A DNA stretch of 37,347 bases from Asterias rubens (Eukaryota), in assembly GCF_902459465.1 (NCBI RefSeq), contig NC_047065.1, forward strand, positions 11,656,001-11,693,347. The letters are read 5' to 3'. The stretch's first letter is position 1. The number at the start of each line of letters is the position of its first letter. Of this stretch, positions 1 to 11,403 are shown one piece after another. The notes beneath the pieces were generated by a model. The model worked only from the letters and a program-made list of their open reading frames with translations. It did no database searches and was not told where the DNA came from. The position numbers and the translations under genes are program-made.

Positions 1-127
1 GACTTAGGACGAGTCCCAACCCTGCACTGTAGCATGCAGACCTTAAGATTAATCCTAAGTTAGGACGAGTTACTCGTCGTAACTCGAGATAAGACGAGTC
101 CTAACTCTTTGTGAAATCGACGGCCAG
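1..127. mobile_element. Harbinger-like MITE family A (right part)
   Basis: Internal ctaag/ggacgagt repeats and terminal tttgtgaaatcgacggc followed by cag; homologous to copies at 12952, 17654 and 19428. Confidence 0.7.
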
Positions 128-305
128 CACCTCCACAAAGCCTTCCTGCCACATCTGAAAAAATATCCACCTTCTCTCCTATGTTTTCGGTCCGGAGTTT
201 TGTGCATTCTGGCTTCGTTTGCAGCGCTCCAAATTACAAGCGTTTCCAGTAGTTCAGATGCAAATTAATCTCTTCATTTATTCTGTTTCCAAAACATGAA
301 TGCAG

Positions 306-3300
306 GATGGGTTGGGTCAATCGCCAACGCGATCTTCGGTATTTGTGGCCCGTTTTGTGCACCTCTTATACTTCGCTTTGGTCTCCGCACAATTACTCTG
401 GTTTCTTCAGTGATGTTTTCAATTGGACTGGCAGCAACGTCATTTGTTCCATCTCTAGTTTATGCACACATTACGTTTGGAATCTTGGTTGGTGTCGGGG
501 CAGGTACAGTGTGCCAAGCCGTGATGACGCTGGTGATTGACTGGTTCCCTGGAAAGGACTGCGCCCGTGGGACGTCAATGGCAGTAGTCGGGACGTCTTT
601 CTGTAAGTATCCATAAACCAAACGTTAAACAAATTGGCGTGTCGTGGCCAAGTGGTTAAGAGCACCCAACTCAAGTTCTGGTGTTTCTGATAAGCAGGGT
701 GCGGGTTTGAGTCCCCGTGACACTTAGAATACACTTAGCCATAGCTGCGTCCTTCGGATGGGACGTTAAGCCGTTGGTTTTGTGTGTTTGAAAATGCACG
801 TAAAATAACACAGTGCCCGTTAAGAGAAGGGGTTCGCCTTGTTGTTCCTGGTTTGATTGGCTGCATATTGCGCTACAGCACATTGTAGTAAAATAGTCAA
901 CACGATGCTCCAGTACATAATTGTCAGAAAATACTGAAAACGCGTAGGGATCTTACGGTGATATTGTGCTGTTTGAGAACGGTTAATTAGTTAATGTATG
1001 CATTTATGTAAAGTGCACAAGAGTCCATGTTGGGACGTTGTAGCAGAACCCTGCCATTCAATAACTTGCACTGCGTATCTCATGTACTAGTCATGTAACG
1101 AGAGATATAAGTAAGAGCAATAACTCAGTCTTGTAGATGGTCTTAGAGATTATGTTTCATTTTTCCAGGGGTGGACCCATAAATATTTGTTCAATATTGT
1201 ATTATTACTACACGACGGACCAAGGCTGGTTTGTGTAGGAGTCAATTCCCTTGAGACAGTGGACCGGTCTATGTTGTAATCACTCCAGCGGATGAACGAC
1301 CTTGCCCTGGCCACTTCTGCTTTAAAAGTCACAGACGCATTCTCTCGGAAATAGGGGGAAGTTGTATTTTACCTAGTAGGTTTAAAACCAGAGTAATTGG
1401 GGGGGAAAAAATAGCAATGCTTATGTTATTATACTACACCGAGGGATGTACCTATTTGTATCAATCCCCAAACAGCCAATTAATGATAGGCGATTTGAAC
1501 GCGAAATGCCCCTTTAAGAAGATTGGGCCAAAATATTCAATCATTTACCTACTCAGCAAAATGTGGTACTGCAACATACAATTCCTATGAAAATGGTGAC
1601 AAGAAATCACAGATTAAACGTTGTTTCTTATTTTCTCACAATAATTCATTTCCGTCTCTTCTTTTACTTTACTTTTCACCATGACAGGCGTACTCACATT
1701 TGCGCCTTTGTTCAACACGCTTACATCAGCATACGGCTGGCGAAACGCTCTACGCATTGTCAGTGGTGGGAGTTTGGTGATAACTTTAGTTCATGGCTGT
1801 TTCATTGTTGAACCGGCACAAGTTGAAACTTCGAAGAGCATTACCGAAGAAGGAGGGAGCTACAAAATGGTGGAGACCAACACTGGGGAGAAGGACGACG
1901 GTGATCAGCCGCGTGACGTCACAGAGACTGTAGGGAAGAGAATTTATAAACTTCTCCATCAATCTGAAGCTTGGCTGTGGCTCACAGCTGGTGTTCTCTA
2001 CAACATTGGATGGACTTTTGTCACAATTAATTTCGTAAGAGACAGAGGTTAAAGGCAGTGGACACTATTGGTAATTACTCAAAATAATGATTAGCATAAA
2101 ACCTTTCTTGGTGACAAGTAATGGGGAGAGGTTGATGGTATAAACCATTGTGAGAAACGGCTCCCTCTGAAGTGCCATAGTTTTCGAGAAAGGAGTAATT
2201 TTCCACGAATTTGATTTCGAGACCTCAGATTTAGAACTTGAGGTCTCGAAATCAACCATCTTAACGCACACAACTTCGTGTGACAAGGGTGTTTTATTCT
2301 TTTATTATTATGGCGCAAGTTCGATGACCGATTGAGCTCAAATTTTCACATGCTTGTTATTTTATGCATATGTTGAGATACACCAATTGTAAAGGCTAGA
2401 ATTTGACAATTACCAATATTGTCCAATGCCTTTAAGATAAAAAGTAAAACAATTATAAATACATGTTGCAAAACTCCACGAAGTGCTCTGCTTAAACCCT
2501 AGACTTGATTCAAGTCCCGTTCTCATGCGAGAGGTCCCTGTATCCACCGTCAAAATGTAGCTCTGTGGTCCTGCGGCACAGGTTAGGGAGTTTTCTGATG
2601 TCAGGCGATGCGAATGAAAGTGAAAAAAGGGATGTAACGGGATTAGGACTTGAGTCAAGTCTACGCAAATCCGTACTTCCGTGACCATTTTTGTCCCAAC
2701 TGCATTGCGTTTTAAGTGCACACGGTGTTTTTCTTCGGGTGATACGGCTATAAACAGTATGTTTACCCTAGCTTAAAAAGCTCCGTTTTCGGTTTCTTTG
2801 TAACAAATTCAGAATTTTGCGTAGATGACGTTGACGCTATCGTTAATAAATCTATTTTTCGCACAATAGACGAACGCGATTGCCAATTGGGTTTCTACAA
2901 CCTCGTTCCCATGGGTTATTTGCCTCGCCGTGCTGTTTTTGTCACAGCATGCCTTGCTCGCTCCGCTTATGGACTAGCCAATGTACTTTCAAGGGTTTCA
3001 AACAATAGACCATTACCATGCTGCCTCCATCTTGGTCAGTCATGTTCATCGTGTCAAATAATAATTATTATTATAAATGCTGATAATCATTTTGCAAATT
3101 GGAACCAAACTACTTTACTCTTCCGGCCTCGGTTTGGTAACATTGATATCAAAGGATTTGATAATTTCAAAATGGCTGCACCAAAGGTCTATTTAGTGTC
3201 TCAACTTGACTGTGACAGTCCCGAGCAGAATTGAACCTTTGCAAGACTGACACTTATAGAAAAAAGAAAGGGTGTGGTCCTGTCTCTATGCTTTTAACGA

Positions 3301-6300
3301 AGGGCGTGGCCCTTTTTCCAAGGGTGCGGTCCTGTCTCTATGCTTATAACGAATAATTATTATTAACCTTTCAAATTATGTTTCATTTCCCCTTGACAGG
3401 CGAGCTTTATGGAGTACGACCTGCACTTCACGGCTAAACAGATTTCAATTACTTTTGTTATCTTTGCTGTCGGTGAAATTGTTGGGAAATGTTGCTTCTC
3501 TGCCTTCGGAGGCCGTATTCCTTTCCTGAAACTGTACTGTGTAGCTGCCGGTAGCTTACTCGGTGGAGCTGCCTCTGGTGTAATGATACTACTTCGGACA
3601 GTTCCCCTCATGTATACAGTCGCAGCATGTGAGTAGTTCAAGCAGTTTAAACATTCTTAGAGCTACTCAAGCACAAAACGCAGATAAGCACAGTATAATT
3701 TTGCTTACCAGAGTATAATACTATCCAAACTACCATGTCACAATGTACAATCATCTGTGGCTGTTATTCGGCGTGTTTCTGCTTATGAAGAAAGGTCCGG
3801 AATAAATAGGTTGGCACTTGTTTTTAAAGCCATTAATACACTTTCGGTACAGAAAAGAAGAAAAAAAGTTCACAGATTTACAAATAACTTACAGGGTTTA
3901 CAGAAGGTAATGGTGAAAGACTTCTCTTGAAATATTATTATTCCATGAAATGCTTTACTTTTTGAGAAAACATTAAAACAATATCAATTCTCGATAGCGA
4001 GAATTACGGATTTATCTTAAACGCATGTCATGACACGGCGAAACGTGGGGAAACAAGAGTGGGTTTTCCCGTTATTTTCTCCTGACTCCGATGACCGGTT
4101 GAGCCTAAAAATTTTCACAGGTTTGTTATAATAATATTAAAGTTGTTATACACGAAGTGTGGGACTTGGACAAAATACTGTTTACTGAAAGTGTATAATG
4201 GCTTTAAGAAATTTAGTGTGAAAGTTTGATCGCTTTACACGGGCTGAATGGGGTTGATTCTACAGACGGCGCTATATCCACGAAATTATAATCTTATTCC
4301 GCACTGGAATCCGACCCATTGAAGTCATTTTAGGGTGAGCTTGACCGGGAAGCAAGCATATAATGTTTACTTGCAACTTAAATTTTGCCTCCGTTTGTCA
4401 AATTAATGTCACGAGTAATTTCGACACAGATTCCGGTGTGGCAGAAGATTATTCTCTGTGCCCCCCCCCCCCACCCCACTCGGAGATTCTGTGCCCCCCC
4501 CCCCCCTGCCCCCATTATAGCAAACTGTGTTAAAACTTCTCCCGGTATTACCGCCCTCTTTTGAATAATCCTCCTCAAGCTTACATTAATTTCCCGTATG
4601 GGTAACCGAATGTCCTGCGGACATAATTCACGGTCCCACGGTTACACCGGCTAATACTGACCGAGAAAATGGGTCAGGTCCCACGGTTACACCGGCTAAT
4701 ACTGACCGAGAAAATGGGTCAGGTCCTACGGTTACACCGGCTAATACTGACCGAGAAAATGGGTCAGGTCCCACCGGTTACACCGGCTAATACTGACCGA
4801 GAAAATGGGTCAGGTCCCACGGTTACACCGGCTAATACTGACCGAGAAAATGGGTCAGGTCCTACGGTTACACCGGCTAATACTGACCGAGAAAATGGGT
4901 CAGGTCCCACGGTTACACCGGCAAATACTGACCGAGAAAATGGGTCAGGTCCCACGGTTACACCGGCTAATACTGACCGAGAAAATGGGTCGGGTCCTAC
5001 ACGGTACCCGAAATCAGTGTCATTTCTGACCAGGAATTTTATGTGTAAAGAAAGTGGACAAAATTGGTAACAATAACTAGTCTTCACCAGTTGGTGTATC
5101 TCAGCATATGCATTAAATGACAAACCTGTAAAAATTTGAGGTAAATCGGTCGACGAAGTTGCGAGATAATAATGAAAGAAAAACGTCCTTGTCACACGAA
5201 GTTGTGTGCTTTCTGATGCTTGATTTCGAGACCTCAATTTTAGAATTTGAGGTATCGAAATCAAATTCGTGGAAAATTACCTTTTCTCGAAAACTACGTC
5301 ACTTCAGAGGGAGCTGTTTCTCACAATGTTTTATAATTATCAACCTATCCCCATCACTCGTAATGATGATTATTTTGATGATATTTATTTTGAGTCAATA
5401 CCAAATAGTGTCCACTTCCTTTAATGTTTCTTTTATTCGTTTGTAGTAATGGGCCTGTTCCGTTCTGCATGCTTCACGATGGCCTACACAACTGTCCAAG
5501 AGCTCTTTGGGGAATATGGTGCAGACATTGTTGTTATGTTTACGCACGCACCTTATGCCTTTGGGGTTCTTATTGGTGCACCGATTTCAGGTATTATTAT
5601 TGTTATGAATAATTGTTGAGTCATCTCCGTGACGGACATAGACCCTGTAGATTGCGATCACTGTGGTACGTTTGTGTGGCTCCTAAAAAATAGCCAGAGC
5701 CCTAAGCGTAGCCTGGCTTAACAACAGACGGCCAATCAATATGGGTCGGTGGTCAAACACAGTCTAACCGGCGCTCTGTGTTTAGGCTTAGAAAGACGAA
5801 AATAGTTTGATTCATTCATTAATTCATTTTTATAAATAAAATTAAAAAACTGGTAGCACAACGCTGAGTGATGTGGCATTACAAGGTAAAAGTATTGAAA
5901 AACATGCACAGACAAAAAGATACCAAAGATTCACCACTACGGGGGTTCAGGGGAACATTAAAACAAAGAGGACCCAAAATAGACAAAAAGATGACAATTG
6001 TCTGTTTAAGTAGGACATTTGCATGGTAAAAAAAAGGGATTAGGTTTGCGCTTACACCATGTAATGATTATCTCTACATGAGTTGGGATTGTTCTGAAAA
6101 GAGCCGTAGGTTTCAACTCGACGTTTCGATCAGTATGCCCTGATCGTCGTCTGGAGAAAAAAAAAACATTTGTCAGACATAGTCCCACACAACGTGCTGA
6201 ATAGAAAAAAGGTCCATTCAAATGTCTGAAGATATAACTTGTTCCAAGTTTTGCGATTTTCTTTTTTAACAAAGATCACATACTCTTGACCATTATAAAT

Positions 6301-6609
6301 TGATAAGCTGCTTTTTAAAGCATCAGCATTTCTGTACAGTACTTTGTTTTGTTGATAGGTGTTGTCATTAGCCAGCTTCATTTTTCACAGTGCTTATAAC
6401 ATATTTGTTTTAATTTTGTTTCAGGAGTTCTTTACGACTTGACCGGAGACTATACACTGAGCTTGCTTACAGTACTGGCAACATTCGCATGTTCTGTTGG
6501 TTTGATGCTAGCAATACCAGTCCGTAGACGGATTAAATTGAGGTTGAAAAAAACAAGGATACCCAAAGAAGAAACAACCGAAAAGTGCCTTGAACTTGCC
6601 AATGCATAG
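306..6609 (+). CDS. SLC16 (monocarboxylate transporter)-like MFS transporter, 5'-partial; exons 306-602, 1688-2034, 3400-3628, 5447-5590, 6425-6609
   Basis: All introns are GT-AG with matching phases (1,0,1,1); 1202 nt plus 1 nt from a missing upstream exon = 401 codons ending TAG at 6607-6609. Hydrophobic TM segments with MCT-like motifs: GWVGSI..., FGILVGVGAG, WFPGKDCARGTSMAVVG, YGWRNALRI, GEIVGK (TM8), GAPISGVLYDLTGDY. Confidence 0.9.
636..890 (+). mobile_element. tRNA-derived SINE
   Basis: A box TGGCCAAGTGG and B box GGTTTGAGTCC (704-714), then a non-tRNA body. Head recurs at 7553-7638 (-) and tail at about 13735-13790. Confidence 0.75.
2049..2435. mobile_element. Kolobok-type MITE family K1 (orientation F), full length
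   Basis: TTAA on both sides, termini AG...CT, TIR aggcagtggacactattggtaatt, central 17-bp palindrome at 2211-2255. TTAA TSD with RR..YY ends is the Kolobok signature; piggyBac ends are CCY. Confidence 0.9.
3824..4207. mobile_element. Kolobok-type MITE family K2
   Basis: ttaaagccatt..cactttcggta ... aaagtgtataatggctttaa; homologous to 14255 and 29193. Confidence 0.85.
4632..5005. repeat. 45-bp minisatellite, about 8 units
   Basis: Unit caggtcccacggttacaccggctaatactgaccgagaaaatgggt, near-identical copies, one 46-bp unit. Confidence 0.95.
5045..5424. mobile_element. Kolobok MITE K1 (orientation R)
   Basis: Reverse-complement homology to 2049-2435; ends gtgtccacttcctttaa. Confidence 0.85.
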
Positions 6610-6830
6610 ACTTGAACAAGTCTTGATCAACCAAACATCGTAGCAATTTTGTTTTATGCAAGTCGCCAGACACACGAAGGCCTGAGAGTCACTCTATGTG
6701 TGTGCGCTACAAACAAACTGTTTTTATCCCCTTATATTCCATACGGAAGTATGCTTGGGTATCATCCATCAGAAGCCTGGCTCGTAGAGCAGAAAACACT
6801 GCCTCCCAAACTTGTGCAAAGCGATCATGG

Positions 6831-7186
6831 TGAAAGGGTCTATGTACTTTTTGTAGGACAAAAAACACAATGTCCACAGATTGACACTAAACTTACGCAG
6901 TTTGAAGATAACGGTGGTATAGAAAGTTTCCCTGGAAATATTACTTGCTGAGGTGCTGTAGTTTTTTAGAAATCGGTAAAAGAATGTCATGAAAATGATC
7001 ATGAGACGAAAATTATTTTAGAATGTAAAAGCGTATTTTCATGACATTGTTTTACTCATTTCTTAAAAACTGCAGCACTAATTTTAAGGTACGCTTTCTT
7101 CTATCATTATCTTCAACGGGTGTAAGTATGAATGTAAATCAGTGGAAATTGTGTTTTGTATTACAAAAAGTACCTAAATCCTTTAA
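6831..7186. mobile_element. Kolobok-type MITE family K3 (copy A)
   Basis: tgaaagggtctatgtactttttg ... caaaaagtacctaaatcctttaa; internally quasi-palindromic. Confidence 0.8.
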
Positions 7187-7195
7187 GTGTCTCGC

Positions 7196-7553
7196 TTAAA
7201 GGATTTGGGTACTTTTTCAAAATGTCCACAGATTTACATAAAACTTACAGGGTTTGAAGATAATGATGGTGGAAAGCTTCCCTTCAAATATGACTTACTG
7301 AGGTGCTGTAGTTTTTGAGAAATGAGTAAAACAATGTCATGAAAATACGTTTTTACATGCTCATAATTTTCGTCTCATGATACGAAAATTATTTTCATGA
7401 CAATGTTTTACTCATTTCTCAAAAACTACAGCACCTCAGCACGTAGTATTTTCAGGGAAGCTTTCTACTATCCTTTTCTTCAAACTGTGTAAGTTTGGTG
7501 TAAATCTGTGGCATTGTGTTTTTTGTCCTACAAAAAGTACATAGACCCTTTAA
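7196..7553. mobile_element. Kolobok-type MITE family K3 (copy B, inverted relative to copy A)
   Basis: ttaaaggatttgggtactttt ... aaaagtacatagaccctttaa. Confidence 0.85.
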
Positions 7554-7638
7554 GGACACAAGAGTCATGACCGGGACTCGAACTTATACTCTGCTGATCA
7601 GAAACACCGCAGTACGAATCTGGATCTGTTAACCGCTA
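7553..7638 (-). mobile_element. tRNA-derived SINE head fragment
   Basis: Reverse complement reads ...ggtgtttctgatcagcagagtataagttcgagtcccggtcatgac, homologous to 660-725. Confidence 0.6.
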
Positions 7639-7901
7639 TGTATTTTTTAATGGAGATTGCACTGTCTAGTTCTCTGTAACTTTTGACATGATGAAAGGGT
7701 GTACATCTCAAAACTTGTCCCAGCTTTTACTTTCATAACTCTTTGAGTTATGTGGAAATTAAGACACAAAATGTCAACTTTCTCATAATGATCAGTGCAT
7801 GCAGTATCTTGCCTGCCAGAAAATCGAAAGAATGTGCAAGGTCAAACTTATTGTGAACAAAGGTAACATGGTCTACGTACCCATCTTACCGGTATATCAA
7901 G

Positions 7902-7990
7902 TACAATACAATACAATACAATACAATACAATACAATACAATACAATACAATACAATACAATACAATACAATACAATACAATACAATACA
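7902..7990. repeat. (CAATA)n microsatellite, about 17 units, possibly a retroelement tail
   Basis: Direct reading. Confidence 0.95.
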
Positions 7991-8336
7991 AAAAGGCAGT
8001 TATATACCGCTGATTCATTTAGGTCACAGTGGTAGTTGGAGCACATGACTCACTAGAAAACTAAGTATAAAATTAAGGAAAGGGACAAAAATTAACACGG
8101 CACAAGATATTTTATTTGGTGAAAAGGTGATAATTATTTGAGGCCTTATCTTACATCTGAAGTGATGTTGCTGAGAGCAGACAGGTCAGGAGACTGTTCC
8201 GAAATTGTGGAGCCGCAAATAATTTAAAAAAAAAGTAATGGTTCAAGCTATCTGATGCCCTGAACAGCTTTCCTAAAATATGTTGTTCAGACTTCGAATA
8301 TTTTCGTTCGGTTTTATATGATGCATTTTTAGGCAA

Positions 8337-8875
8337 TTAAAGTCACCTGGAGGTGGTATTTTGTCAAAATAAAGCTTTTGTCATTAATATATCGTCGTGT
8401 GCCCGGCAAAAGGGCGTAAGGCCTTACGCCCTTTTGCCGGGAACATAAAGTAGTTCGTCCCAGTAACAAAAGGACGTAAGCAACAAAATGGCTCCTGACA
8501 TGAAAAATATGTCATTTTTGTTTGTTCTTTTGCTAGAATTACCCTGAAGACATGTTTCCCCATTCCCCATGCAGAATTTAACCTTTCTAGAATGACTTTT
8601 GCATGGCAACAAATTTACCAAACTTTCCCGCTCATAATTCTTGAAACACAAATTTTAACATAAATTGCTTACGTCCTTCTGCCGGGAACTTTCCCTTACG
8701 TCCTTTTGCCGGGCACACGACGATATGTGTTTTGATGAGTGGAATGTGAATAAATGTTAAATATTGTTCTAAAAATTAGTTCTTATCTTATTTACAATCT
8801 TAAGAGTAGTCCCCGACCCGAGGGGGCGCTGTTCGTGACGTCAATCGAGGCGCGATATTTGAAGAGAAAATGCTT
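8337..8875. mobile_element. Kolobok-type element K4 (left end), interrupted by a TA-MITE
   Basis: Starts ttaaagtcacctgg; right TIR not found. Confidence 0.5.
8392..8723. mobile_element. TA-flanked MITE (Tc1/mariner-like) nested in K4
   Basis: TIR tcgtcgtgtgcccggcaaaaggrcgtaag at both ends, TA on both flanks, subterminal copies of the TIR motif. Confidence 0.8.
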
Positions 8876-9296
8876 TTTTTTTTTTTTTTTGCTTAATGTA
8901 GCAAAAATAATTGCTTAAACCCTGGAGGAATGTACACATATTTCACGAGGTTAATCACGTAAACAAACAGCGCGCACAAGTTTTAGATCGTTTGTTTAGG
9001 CAAAAAAGAAGAAGGTAGGCCCCTACTGACAAAATGGCAGGCGATATAAATGTAGAGTGGCGATAAAAAAAATCATCGCCTTCTCTGTCTTACATATACT
9101 ATTTGTAATGGTTCAAAGCGCCCCTTGAAAGGTTTACACACTTACTTGAGAGTAAATAAGAAGATAGTATTGTAAAACATTCTGAAGCTACACCTACCAT
9201 ACAAAATAATACACGTAAAATACATACCGCTGCGCCGGCACACTATCAACGCAATTATGTTGCACTGTCTGAGTGAAGGACCCAGCATAGGGCTGC

Positions 9297-9636
9297 TTAA
9301 AGGTAGTGGACACTATTGGTATTTACTTGAAATAACTGTTAGCATAACTAGTAATGTGGATATGTTGATGGTATAAAACAGTGCCATAGTTTTCGAGAAA
9401 GAAATTTCCACGAATTTGATTTCGAGACCTCAGATTTAGAACTTGAGGTCTCGAAATCAACCATCTAAACGCACACAACTTCGTGTGACAAGGGTGTTTT
9501 GTTCTTTCATTTCTATCTCGCAACTTCGATGGCCGATTGAGCTCTTCCACAGGTTTGTTATTTGCATAATGTTAAGATACACCAACTGCGATGGCTAGTC
9601 TTTGACAATATTACCAATAGTGTCCACTGCCTTTAA
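9297..9636. mobile_element. Kolobok MITE K1 (F)
   Basis: TTAA TSDs, TIRs, central palindrome. Confidence 0.9.
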
Positions 9637-9937
9637 CGGCAAGGACATTTTGTTGCGTAGCAACCAAAATTGCTTAAGCGAACCTATTTCACGAGCGGTC
9701 GCTAGCTTGAGTACGTAAACAAACTGCGCACGCGGGCCACATGATAAGTGTTCGAAACAAATTCGTCGCCAGTATGCTTATTGTGAAGCCTGAGCCTCAC
9801 AGAGCCGGAGCCTGAAAATCCCAAGCCTGAAACCTGAACCTTCGATTCGTAAACGCTCCTAAGTTAACTTAAACCCATTTATTGGCCACTCTGCAGTTCA
9901 GCCTGACCAGAACTTTGGTTCAGCCTACCTGGGACCG

Positions 9938-10297
9938 TTAAAGGCATGCAGTAGACACTGGTAATTACTCAAAATAAGTATGATCATAAAACCTTTCTCG
10001 ATCACGATGGTGAGAGGTTGATAGTGTAAAACATTGTGAGAGACAGCTCCCTCTGAAGTGAGGTAATTTTCGAGAAAGAAGTAATTTTCCGCAAACTTGA
10101 TTTCGAGAACACAAACAACAATTCGTGTAACCATGGTGCAACTATGGTGTTTTTATTTCATTAATATCTCGCAACTTCGACGACCGATTGAGCTCAAATT
10201 TTCACAGGTTTGTTATTCTTATTTGTATGTATGTTGAGACACACCAACTGTGAAAGGCAAGTCTTTGACCATTACCAATAGGGTCCAGTGTCTTTAA
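9938..10297. mobile_element. Kolobok MITE K1 (F), internally deleted
   Basis: TTAA TSDs; half of the central palindrome is missing. Confidence 0.85.
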
Positions 10298-10615
10298 TGC
10301 AGGCCTAGAAGCAACAATTCAGAGTGTGGATACAACACACGAGGGTTTTTTGCTTGCACAGTTGAATTTGTCACAATAATGCATGCGCCTGTGGCCCACA
10401 GGTGGATCATACTAATTTCAAAAAACTACAGTCTAAATTAATGTTTGTAAATAACGTTGAATATTGTGTGTGCGTGTGTGTGTGGGGGGGGGGGGGGGTG
10501 GTCATGTAGCTGAATTATATAATTATGACAAGATGACAAGACTACAGGTGGGGGTGGGGGGGGGGGGCTCTGAACTCCAACTTGTTAGAAGACTGGACAA
10601 ACATTACACATTGGC

Positions 10616-10979
10616 TTAAATGCAGACTTTGACACTATTGGTAATATTGTCAAAGTTGGTGTATCTCAACATTATGCATAAAACAACAAAACTGTGAAAA
10701 TTTTAGCTCTATCGGTGATCAAACTTGCGAGATAATAATGAAAGAAAAAACACCCTTGTCACACAAAATTGTGCCTGCTGTGCGTTAAGGGTTGATTTCG
10801 ATACCTACATGTAAGTTCTAAATCTGAGGTCTCGAAATCAAATTGGCGTGGAAAATTACTTCTTTCTCGAAAACTATGTCACTTCAGAGGGAGCAGTTTC
10901 TCACAATGCTTTATACCCCCATTACTCGTTACCGAGTAAGGTTTTTCGCTAATAAATAATGTTGAGTAATTTTACCAAC
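10616..10979. mobile_element. Kolobok MITE K1 (R), right end lost
   Basis: Homology to K1. Confidence 0.8.
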
Positions 10980-11403
10980 TGCATATTTCGCAGTCACGCG
11001 CTATCATTCAAATCGGTTTTTAAAAAACACACCGTACATTAATTTGGCAAAATGGGTTTTGGGTAGGCAAAGTAATAGCAAAAATTCCGAACGGTTAACC
11101 TGCCAAAAGTTTAGAAGAATTTTAAAACTTAGTTGTCCGAAAATATGTTTGATTTGGTTTTTAAAAAGCCGAGGGACTATAAATATTTTTGTTGAGAATG
11201 TTTTTGAATAGCTTCATTGTACGCCTTGTTTCCTTTAAGTGTTGACCGGATTATGATGTTTGCTGCCCTCAAGAGTTGGGTATTAAAAATAAGGGAGAAA
11301 AACTTCACATTACGTCAACATTGATGTGACCGCTACCGTGTCTTGCACGGTTCTGTGTGGAGATTCGAGTTCAATTTTGTATGATTATCTGGTTATCTTG
11401 AAC

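Noticed and set aside
1149-1340. Strong acceptor (ttcatttttccag at 1168) suggesting an extra transporter exon
   Set aside because: All frames hit stops, no convincing donor, and exons 306-602 and 1688-2034 already join in phase with continuous homology.
2065-2318. Recurrent short ORFs such as MVDFETSSSKSEVSKSNSWKIT... and MCAFRWLISRPQVLNLRSRNQ... (also at 5159, 9323, 15080, 17941, 20861, 25561, 29515)
   Set aside because: They are translations of the non-coding K1 MITE; starts, stops and frames differ between copies and there is no transposase motif.
2049-2435. piggyBac assignment for the TTAA-flanked MITEs
   Set aside because: Termini are AG...CT (Kolobok pattern), not CCY...RGG.
4632-5005. 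Regular repeats as a CRISPR array or repeat protein (ORFs 4669-5070, 4764-5264)
   Set aside because: No unique spacers, eukaryotic intron context, no cas genes; the ORFs result from a stop-free 45-bp unit.
8815-8845. CTCF-like (gagggggcgctg) and CRE (tgacgtca) motifs; also YY1-like aagatggcggc near 36050
   Set aside because: They lie inside transposon-derived sequence, match only partly, and have no independent evidence of function.
10484-10568. Poly-G tracts as G-quadruplex regulators (also poly-C at 4460-4512 and 21683-21695)
   Set aside because: Simple homopolymers of uncertain assembled length; no positional or conservation support.
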